Source of the DNA: Oopsacas minuta | Lineage: Eukaryota; Animalia; Porifera | Reading direction: 5' to 3' | DNA: 64,000 nt | Assembly: GCA_024704765.1 (NCBI GenBank) | Contig: JAKMXF010000314.1 | Span: 1 to 64,000 of the forward strand | In this document: positions 26,331 to 37,249 of the stretch, piece after piece | Position numbering within the stretch: position 1 is the first letter of the stretch | How the letters are laid out: every line of letters starts with the position of its first letter | Notes under the pieces: model-generated | The model's input: the letters and a program-made list of their open reading frames with translations, nothing else | Told to the model about the DNA's origin: nothing | Database searches by the model: none | Program-made: the position numbers and the translations under genes

Positions 26331-29300
26331 TGCATATATTCTGAACTTAGTATCTCTACGGTCCAGTTTGTTAAGAATTAGCCCCGAGTTTGTCAGTTCC
26401 CAACCTTTTTCACCCTTGGGCACCTATAGCAATTTCTACATTTTGTGTACCCTTTCTATACACTACAATACAACCTGCTGACCCCTGTTCTCGTCTGTGG
26501 ATCAATGGGTCATTATTCCCAATTTTGGAATCGCCTATATCATTCCTATCACATATCGCTTTTACACTCATCCCACAAGGCTAGCATTACGCGAATCTTT
26601 ATGCATAAGTCCAGAAAATAATGCATTCATATTTCAAAACATCAACTCAGACCATTGTTTTCGGATATATGTGTTCTGGCCTGTCCGAATGGTGCCCCCG
26701 GGCCAAATTGCAAACCCAGAACAAATATTTCTGATATTTTTGTTAGTCTAGCCGGACAATATACTGCAGCCAAAATACTTCTTGAGAAACAATGAGATTG
26801 CAGCTTTTTCGCATTATCCATAAATCTGATTATATTTGTCTATTGAATGGTTTATTGGATACATCTTGTTTTCAGTATTTTAAAGGGTCCAAAGCTTGTC
26901 GTTTATAAAGTGACCTTGGGTTCGGAAACTTTTTGGGGGCCTTCTGAAGAAATACAGGCCACTCTCAGTTTTTAATTTTGATGATAACTAAATCTGCATA
27001 GTTGGTTCATAATGGTCTGATAAAAACTTTTCTAATATTTTGACCTCTAGCACTGGGGTGGAAATTTAAGCCATCACGTCTGCCAATTTTTGGGATTTGG
27101 ATTTAGGGTCGACTGATTAAATCCTAACTTAGTTAACATCCTAATGACATTTATATGTTGCCTATCATTAGATTATAACACTCTATGCCCTTGATCAAAT
27201 CGCTACCTGAAATACAGGGGCCTATGGGTCATTATTTGGATACTTATGGAGGAATTAACATTTCGATTGGCATCCATATAATTAGCACAAGTGTGCATTA
27301 AGCTATAATACAAATTTGTCAGCATTCTGAATAGTGAGTCATGAACATTTCTTAACCTCACTAGGGAGATTTACCGGTAATCGAGCTTCTATTCCGAGAA
27401 AAGTTTCTGAACCCAGTTCACTTCGATAAACTCTGAAATTGGTCCCCCCCGCTGCATCATTAATGCATATTCCACCCTAAAAGGAGCATTATGGTCACAA
27501 TATTTGAGCTAAGTGTTCTGATGGTGGGTATTGAAAGATCATTTCTAAATCTTCACTTTAGGGTATTTTTTTGAATAATACTTAGTGGGACTGTAGCCTT
27601 TAAGTTTTGTTTACGCAAGATATATATATTTTTTAGTTTAGGCTTAAGAAGTTTAGGGAATACACCCCTCAGATTATAGATAGCAAATAATATATTATTG
27701 ATTTTATGCATGACGAGATAGGGATTCGATCATTCCAGTACAAACCCTTAAACTTTAATCCAATATTGTGGCCACAATTGATTAGGTATGTCTATTTACA
27801 AGCCCTCTTGTAACACATAAGGCAACCTCTGTTCTAGCTGTATTGACTGACGCAAAATCTTTATTATACTCGTGCTCAGCATAGAAATTCCAGCAGTTTG
27901 ATGTACATATTGAACATATTTGTAGTGATCTTTTCTTTAGCATCGCAAATATTCCCCTGTAAGGTGACAACTTTGAATTCAAATTTGTGACAGAACTCAT
28001 TGAATGATCACTTGTTCGACTCCTCTTTTCTATCTTAGTCAATAAATGCATATATTGGCCGACAAGTGATCTTATGGTCATAGTCATAAAGATTCTAAAT
28101 TCTAATTCTAAGAATTTCCCTCAATTGGTTGAAAATTCGAATTGCATTTCTGGGTATAGGTATGATATCTTTCCTGTAAGAATCCCCATTGGGTCCCTAA
28201 ATAAAGATTCCTATTGGGATTCCCTTATGATTTTTCCCATGGAGATCCTACATGGGGATTCATATCAAGATTCCCATATGTAGATCCATATCTGCGGCCC
28301 GTAGCCATTAAGCCTAAATGAACACATCACTTTTCCCAGCACATTTGCTTATCCAGAATTTTTGAGAATGACAATTATCTGTTTTCCATCACCAAAATTT
28401 ATTATACCATAATTCTGCTCGAATTTGCGATTCCGCCTTGCTCTCTATCTAAACAACTGACAATCAAAGTGGTTGTTATAGAACTGATTTTGGAACACAT
28501 GATTAGATTAAGTCTAGTCTACTGGCAGGCAAACTTCTGCTTAATCATATGTTATTTATCTTAATTAAGATTCTTCAGAATACTCTCATTCCATTCAACA
28601 TAATAGCCACCTTGAAAATATTTCACATTATCAGGCTAGCTATGATGTAGTCACTCTCAGAACGTTGACCCTAACCCGGAGTACACCAAATAACTCGAGT
28701 ATAATTTTAGTACCATGACACATGTTCGAACTGTTGCTAATACATTTAGGATAAGAGATGTTGCCTTACCTAAGCAATTTCTCCATAGAATTGTGCAAGA
28801 CTGCTGAAGAAGCTAAGATCAAACTAGGTTCTTCGGCATACAAATCGGAAAGTTGGTAGTGGACGTCTTAGATTAAATAGAGGTAGTCAAATATCATCTA
28901 CTAGCAAGAGGGGGTTTCAAAAGTGATGGTATGTCATCGAAGTGGAAAAGGTTGTGCTGATAGGGTAGTAGAAAATCTTGTCACTTACATGCAATTGTAT
29001 ATTTCGATTTCGGATCGAAAATTGTATTTATGTCTGTGTAATTGTTGATGTGTAACTCGGGTTGCCCTTTCCTCCCCCTCTCAGAAACTGTGTCGACATT
29101 TTTTATCTTGCTCGCGAGCTGGTTATGAGCGTATGCCTAGATAAATAATATATAACAGTCGCATGGACAGATTAATTCCAATTGTAGTAAAGGCCCCAAC
29201 TTTAATCGATACTTATTTGTTCCATGAAATTATCATAAAATACTGGATGGTTATCCGAATTTACTGTCCATCCCCTTAGGGACCAAAACAAATTATCTGA

Positions 29301-29626
29301 GGATCCATCAGAATCCAGGCATAATTCATAATATGAATCATAATTATTATATCGTGACCTCAAATGCTGACTAAAGTTCGTTACATCTAGGGTTCTTTCC
29401 TCCTAGCTTAGGGCAAATTTATTATAAATATCATGATAATACAATGTTATAGGTATATTTCCTCTGTACGTACGCTCTCTAAACCTTGGCTCATTTTTGA
29501 AGAAGAAAAACATGCATGCTTCAGTATTTTCCCATTGTCTAATAATACTTGAGAGATAAACCGAGAGATGTATCACCCAAACTTTTTTCATCACTTTGTA
29601 TTGATCATGTTCGTTGTGCTTAAAGT

Positions 29627-30035
29627 CACCATTGGCTTTAAATGTCTATCCGTTGGCTTTAGGGTCTTGGGTACCTTTAAAGTGCATAAAATGTATTAGG
29701 TTTCTATGGGTTATTGCATATAACACGTTGATTGACAGCAAATCTTTGTGGTATAGCTTCTATTTTGAGTTGTGATGACGTTGGCGAAACATGCTAACCA
29801 GCGTACAATGAATCAAGGTTTGAGTTAGGGGTATACAATGTATTATTTACTTATGGGTTAATAACTATTTAAAGTAGATTTACCAGAATGAGTATTTATC
29901 TGGCTGTGATTTTTCTTGTTATAATGACGTAAGCAAAATTATACAAGTTGAATTCGGGAAATATTTGATTTATTTGAGTTATTTTGATAAAATATTCACA
30001 CTAAAATTTTGTTCCAAGCCATAAAGTGTTTAGAT
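29627..30035. mobile_element. Terminal ~400 bp of a second copy of the CACAGTG-ended (Transib-like) family
   Basis: Colinear with 37946-38362 (CACCATTGGCTTTAAATGTCTATCCGTTGGCTTTAGGGTCTTGGGTAC... through ...TAAAGTGTTTAGAT). Interrupted at 30036 by a hAT end. Confidence 0.8.
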
Positions 30036-31389
30036 CAGGGGTCTTCAAACTTTTTGCTTTGAAAGCCACTTTATAACTTTTGATCATAATCCCGAGCCAT
30101 ATGAAAATTCGAAAGACTTGATGAAATTGTTTGATCATAACATGAATTGAAATACATACATTAATGTGATGTGTGAAATTGTTTCGTGTCATATCAAAGC
30201 GTATCCATACAAGGTGCTATTTCAGCTGATGCATTACGCAATACATCATGTAGATGTTCATCCTTCATATTTGACCGATACCTATTCTTAGTATACTTCA
30301 TTTTGGAGAAGAGGGCTTCACAAGTATAAGTACTCCCAAATATGCTTACCATCCTCCTTGCGTGTTCAAGAATAAATGAATATGTATCAGTTGGTGGGAC
30401 TTTGTAGAATTCTGAAATACTGAGATTCTTGGATATCTCATCTAATTTACCTCCCTAAACTTTTCCTGCAAATTAATATTTGCTTGTAGATCAAGAAGCT
30501 CCAGCTGAATTTCATCAGAAGCACACTGGACATTAAAACAGAAAGGCTGGGTGAAGAGCACAATTTCTGTTCCTCCCTTCTAAAATCAGCAGATCTAGTT
30601 TCGAATTCTTCTATCAGGTGTGAAACTATCCTTGCATATCTTTTTCCGTCAGGATTTTCCATAGATCGAAGTTCCGAAGAGTGTGAGAAGTTGCTTTTTG
30701 AGAGCTGCGCCTCAAATAGACTAAACCTCGCCTCAAAAGCACATATGATGCCAAAAGTTCCTGAATAAGCTTCATTTACCCTGAAGAGCAGAATTTTAAC
30801 TGTTTAGATGAGTTGTGATATCCACCAAAAATGCAAAATCCCTGAGCCAACTGGATTTTGAAATTCAGGAACTTTATTCCCCTTTCCTCCATAAAGCACA
30901 ACATCTCATCGCGTAACGTCCACACTCTCTTAAGAACTTCTCCTCTACTAAACTACCGAACAGCTGTGAAATAGAGTGCATCACCATACTCTGAATCTAG
31001 CTCTTTAGAATATGTTTGAATTTTCTATGGTTGACTCCCTTAGCTCTGAGAAAAATTCACAGCATCAACAATAAGTTTCATAAAGTTTTCCAATCCAAGT
31101 ATTATTGCGCATTAAACTTTCTGGTGAATAATACAGTGACACCATATGACTCCTTCACGGCCATTAGCAGCTAACCACCGCGATTTCTGTCCCTTAATGC
31201 CACTTCCTATTCCAAGCATGGACAGAGTTCCGTCTGTTGCAACTCCAGACAGCTTCGTGCTGGTAAAGAAGCTTTTGATAGGACTTTCTGTACTTCATTA
31301 AAAATATCAATACCACGGGCTTTTCCATACATAGGACTGAGTGATAACATTTCCTCAGTTATTTTGAAACTATTATCAACTTCCCTAAT
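30036..31389 (-). mobile_element. Truncated hAT of SPIN/GTF2IRD2 type
   Basis: Terminus CAGGGGTCTTCAAAC at 30036. IREVDNSFKITEEMLSLSPMYGKARGIDIF (31207-31392) and LIEEFETRSADF (30447-30662). The 5' half is missing. Confidence 0.8.
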
Positions 31390-33507
31390 CAAGGGCGTAA
31401 ATCCATGTTACAAAGTAGGGGGACGTTTTCACAAAGAATTCTACGAACTCCGAGTTGTGAGCAACGGTAATAGGTCTTAGAGAGCTCGCACCTTCCCTCA
31501 TTTTTTGAATTCTTAGACGGACAAATATTGATCAACTGATATTCTTAGCACCCAATGGAGCACGAATTTTTATTTGGTTTATACTAACAATACTTTCATA
31601 AATGAGAATATAATTGCATATAGATTATAATAATGTTACCAAATTTAGTGAAAAGTTCCAAAAATCTTCCTACGATTATCTGATTGCTCGATAAATCTTC
31701 TTGCCAGTTGACGCACATCAACTTTATCAAGTTTTTCACGGTGTGCGTGGCAAACTAAAAGACAATTCAATCTGTGCTGGGTCATTGTACCTCTGAGCCA
31801 AGTTTTTAGACGCCTTAAAGCTGAAAAGCTGCGCTCACACTCGCACGAAGAAACAGGACACACAAGTAACAACTTCAGTAGAACAACTACCTGTTGAAAC
31901 AAGGAGCGTCTTAAGTGTCATACTCTGATAAGACAGTTTTCCATCATTTAACTTATCTGTCTTGTAGTTATGAATGAACATCTCTAATTGTATTTGTAGA
32001 GAACATTTATCAAGTTCAGTATACTTAGAATTCACATCTAAATCAATGCAAACCGAGTTAAGACATCAAATACCATTCCTGCAATAGATTCACTGGTAGT
32101 AGTAGGAATTTCATACTTACCGGCAAAATCTTCGTGTACATGTAGATCGGAGTTAACATGCCTCAGACATATGGACTCTTACTCTCGACCACTAATATCT
32201 TGTGTCCCATCAACAATAATGGTGAAACATCCATGCTTTTGAATGTCACTCACAACTTCTCTTACAATGCAATGACTGAACATTTCCATCATTTCTTCTT
32301 GTCCACGAGGAGAAATACAATTGACTGTTCGTTTTAGGTAGACCCCTAGATCGGGATCATCTTCTAACCTAAGTTTCAAAAGCTGAAAATAATTTCCAGA
32401 AGTCTCATCATGGTCACGAATTGCAGAGCCTTGTTTTAGTAAATATCTTATCGAAGTAAATAATTTCAAAGGCGAATTTCTTGAAATTTCTTGTTCTTTT
32501 AGTTTCTGTGTGTTCATTTGGACATTTACAGCGGCCTTTTGATTGTGGAAATCTGATTTATTGCTAGTTGGTGTGTGTGTGTGCGTGTGTGTGTGTGGGT
32601 GACATTTGATGTGACCAAAACTTTTCATGTGCCTTCTTCCAGTTGTCAAACCCATTTAGAATGAATGCTGGATCTTTACATCTGGCTAAATCTATTAATC
32701 CTAATGCACTAGCTTTTGAGCAGTAGAACCACAGAACATTTTTTCAGACCCGAACTTACTGATATTCTTGATACCAGTTTTCCTGGAAATGAAGTGATTG
32801 TGATGGTGATAGTTTAACAAGGATGACCAATATATCTGACTGATGTCGAACAACTTGAACCATGTAAATAACACGATCCGGGTATAGGGAAATCCAGAGG
32901 GTCAGTGTCGTCACTGTCCAAATGTTGGGTGTGTCACCAACGCAAACTGCGATGGAAGAGCACCTTGAACTAGATATCGACTGCTGCCGACAGGAATCAT
33001 TTGAGGTAAAATTAAGCTGAAGATCTTGTTCGTCATTTTCTGCTAAGCTAAGTATGACGGCACTGGGTACACTGCTTTGACTTGAACCTGCTATTCAGTG
33101 GTGCTAGACTCTAACGTGGGATATACTACACACTGCTCGGGAATAAGAGAAAGATTATAGACAGAACTGGGCTGACAATTATGTTTATCAATAACGCTGG
33201 TCTACTCATCCTGCGGGATGTCTTTGAAAAATCTCTTAATTCCAGTCAGTTTTTCCCTCTTTGAAATAGCATCGTTTCGAGACATGGGTTTCAATCCGTT
33301 TCTTTAAGGAGATAATGGTGTTCTTATCTGGAACAATGGAACGCTAGTAGTGCATAAATGGGTCAAAAAATCAAAACGACTGGAAGGGAAAATTTGTCAT
33401 TAAAATATCCAATGGGAATTATTATTTATATCTGTATTATAAACAATTTCAATTACGAAAAATTGGGGGAACGCGTCCCCCCCCTCCCCCCAGGATTTAC
33501 GCCCCTG
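31390..33507 (-). mobile_element. Internally deleted hAT (ZMYM1/DUF4371-like) element
   Basis: 15-bp TIR CA(A/G)GGGCGTAAATCC at 31390 and 33493-33507. ORF 32179-32655 (GNYFQLLKLR...IIVDGTQDISGRE) and ORF 31645-31902 (VSSCECERSFSALRRLKTWLR). No matching TSD. Confidence 0.88.
32571..32597. repeat. (GT)n microsatellite
   Basis: gtgtgtgtgtgtgcgtgtgtgtgtgtg inside the hAT ORF. Confidence 0.85.
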
Positions 33508-33960
33508 TTAGTATGTACATATTCATTTTCGTAATAGTATCTATTAAAGCCAAGAGTGGATTTATTCAACATCTGACTCCTTTGGAAGGTCAATTGCAAA
33601 TCGATTCGCTCTTCTCCAATAATAAGTTTCTTTGTGGGACTGGTGGGTTAAGTAAAATAAATCACGAATGATTGCCAAGGAGATAGATCATTACACTTAC
33701 TGAAAGCATCACGTTCATACAATTCGCTGAATTTTATCCGATTAAAGAGAATTCGCCATCTGAAAGATCAAATATCTTGATGTAGGAATCGACTGCCGTT
33801 CTGATTGATGGTTAATGATATTCTGTGAGCATTTCGAAAATGTGTCCATTGTCAATGAAATTGCTGACATCATCATCAATCCAGCTTATGAGGCCGCCCT
33901 CTAGTGATGTTCCCCATTTCAGGACTGCGACGTTCAATGGGTAGGGTGTTAGTTATATTT
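33508..33960 (-). mobile_element. N-terminal ORF relic of the Transib-like family (copy 2)
   Basis: IDNGHIFEML...PSIRTAVDSYIKIFDLSDGEF...DAFSKCNDLS is homologous to ORF 38930-39115 (PSIRTAVDSFIQIYDLSDGKF...DVFSKRNDLS). Confidence 0.75.
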
Positions 33961-35999
33961 TGTATGCTACCTTCAGGCAAAGCTTTTCTGAGCTTCACGG
34001 GTACTTCATCCAATTCCAAGGACATATGCTCAAAGATAGACTTACAGTTCCGTTTCTGAAGGCCATTAATACTTCCGATGTATCTGTCAGTAGAGATAAA
34101 ATCCTTTCTAAATTTACGATTGTAGTTTCATGGTTGAGACACGATGCTTGTGTTATCTGCACGAGATCAATTCATTTATGTTAATGAATGTATCACAAAA
34201 TATTGATAAATAATCCATTTGACTTGAGAATGTATTAATTAGAGTTTAGGAATAAATAATATATAAGGGACGTAAATTGTCCTGAAAAGCAATTCTACGT
34301 ATTTACAGACATGAGCGAAGCTGTATCAACTCATTGCGATTTTCAACAACTTATTTTTGAGTGAGTTACACGATATAAAAATGAGATGTTGATAATACTT
34401 CATGTGATAGTTGCAAATACACCAATTTGCATGTTGATTTCGTAAAATTCATGCACAAACACTTGACATAGTAACAACAATATGCTGCGAATATTTTTTC
34501 TGCATGGATCATTCTCCAAATTGTAATTTAAAAGAAACTATAATCGTTGTAAATTTAATGGATGGATCTTAATCTTTACATAATATACAGAAATCTGTAC
34601 ATAAGTATCTCTCTCCTGTTTTCCACTAATGTATCAATCGCTACTAGGGTATTGAGAGTAACAGAGTCAAATCAAAGTGTATTCTCAACCATTATCTCAT
34701 GAAATCTATTGGATATTGGTTGATGTTCAGATAAATTCAACTATTAAAAAATATTTTTGGATTTAATGGAAGCCAAACTAGATTCTACATCATTCTAATG
34801 CATTCTTACTGTAGAAGTACAGTAGAACAGTTTGTTCCATACGAATATTCTTTTCTGGAAACCTCTTAGTTCGGCAGAATTAGAATATGACGCGGAGTGG
34901 TCTAAAGAATATTTACATTATTTAATGCATTAATGGCCTCCGTTATATGTTAACCCGGGGGTACAGACGGTCAGACATTCCAACTCTACTAGGTGTAAAT
35001 CATCTCATGGGCCAAATTTATATTTCCACTTCCCTATTACGTGGTACACATCTACCGGACTGAATTTTAGGAAGTGGAATGGCTCTTGAACTTTCTTTGG
35101 TCCAGGGACCACTACACACCATGTGACGCCACTGCTATCCAAAGTTTGTTTCTATTATTACTAGTTTTACTCGGAACCACGCTAACTAATATTACTGTGT
35201 CATGGTATATAGAATGTATACGATAGCTATTTCGAGCAGAAATAGCAATTTTTAATATTTAGTCATCTGAGCTGTTTTTATTATAGATTTTAATTACACA
35301 TTTACAACGAAATCGTCCTCGATGTTCCATGAATAGTATATTGATATATTGTACTGAAATTTGTGCATACTCACGGATTTATTGGCTACAAAATTATCAC
35401 TGAAATAGCTATATGACTACAAAATTATCTCCAATATTATCAAAACTATATATATGTATGAATTAGACTACTATTGACGACGTCCACAATGATTAAATGA
35501 CCACAGATTAATAAGTAATAGCATCACTTAAATTAAGAATTGATTTTCCTCCCAGTATCTGGCAAGCTAGGTGCCAGAACTTTCAAACCCGTGTTAAATG
35601 CCCCGGTTGCCTCCCCCAATAGGACCGACACTTAGTCAATCCCCTAGAGCTACATGAGGTGTGTGTATGCGACCAACCAAGCCAGTTGTTATGCCCACCG
35701 AAAAATGATCGGCAAAATGAACAGAATGGCTCCCATAGCTAGCACAGTGATGTAAAGTGGTGTCACCCAGGCCCCCCTCTTCCAACTCATACATATTCTG
35801 ACGTCACAATTAGTATCCACGCAAATAATTTGGATTTGGACTGCTGAAATGACTTCAACAAATTATTCGAGTAAGCTATTTAGTATTTAGGAACGATGTG
35901 TTACATCTACCCCCTTTGGCTATGTGGAAAAGAAACAAACGAATTTTCTAAGATGCAATCTAATATGTATAATATTACAAACACGAATTTACATACTAA

Positions 36000-36260
36000 T
36001 CTTGCCTGTGAATTTAGGTTTTTGATGATTTTGTATAGTTTAGGAACCTCATATGTTCCATAAATAGCCTGTGGTCTATTTGTTACTTCTTTTGTAGGCT
36101 TTGTCTTTCGAGGGCCAGTACTAAATCTTAGAGAGATAGCATACAGCCACAAGTATTTGTTGGTATCCAAACGATTGGTGTCACATATATGATCAATGCC
36201 CAAGTGTACCATGGTTCTTCAGTTGGTTCGATATGCTGTAACATTCGTGGGGATCAGGCT
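36000..36260 (-). mobile_element. Retroviral-type (Gypsy/Ginger-like) integrase core relic
   Basis: EEPW/VHLGIDHI...NKYLW...KEVT...IYGTYEVP resembles PW..LGID...GNKY.L...EVA.....FG.P. Confidence 0.45.
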
Positions 36261-37249
36261 AGCGTGGAGTAATTATTAAAAATACATGACATGAAGATAC
36301 CTTTACCAAAAATATATTAATTTATCCTGCTATAGGAAGTTTTACTTAGTTTCAGATCCAGAGAGAATCCGATTTGGTGATGCTCTTGAGACGTTTGACT
36401 TTCAACAACGCATAGTTTCTCCAAGACATATTTCATGTCACACTCTATGTCTTGTGATCACAAATTTTTCTAACAGTCATTCTATTAAATCCCTCAATAG
36501 TTTTCAGATAGTTCCTAAGGGCATGCCTATATCATTTATGATCTATACTTCCTCTTCCTAAACCTTCAAAAAACAAATTGTATATAAAAAATCCATTCAA
36601 ATACCATTATTTATTGAAGTATTGATATAACTAATTTTGGTTCAGATACAGATCTCTAGATGCATTAGTTCAATTATATATACCCAATCTATAGGCTGTA
36701 TTGGATGCTCATGCTCGTTTATGCTATAAATCCTGACTGCTGAGCCATGTTCTCGATGGTATACAAGTGATCTGAGGGAGACTACATACAATTATTATAA
36801 TACTCTCCTTTATTATGCCAAAACAGCATTTTATCGTGATAAAGTTGTCGATGGTGATTCTAAAAAAACTCTTCCAATTGGTCAGGAAATTAGCAGACGA
36901 TAAGAAATAACAATTCCTCTCTGATTTTATTAATAAACAAGAATTAAGTATGAAATTTTTCTACATTTTTTGAAAGAAAATTGAATCCTTTAGAATATCC
37001 TTTATATTGTGTTGGAATTGATGCATAGGCAGTATCGTAAAAAGTTGGGTGGTGGATTGTTTTTCTCTGAGTAACTTCAGGTTAGTAAGTCTTCCTAAAT
37101 TTAGAGTAATATTTGGAAAATTGAAAACGAAATCTTGTTCTTTGGATCTAATTCTTACATCAGTCCAAAAGCAGTGTTCAGGTTCACTTCTAGAGCCCAT
37201 CACTTGATTATTAATACATCAATTAGCCAGGCGTATTTTTATGTGTATA

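Noticed and set aside
20142-26800. Solo hAT-like ends at 20142, ~25203 and 26394
   Set aside because: Probably MITE remnants, but paired ends and TSDs could not be established.
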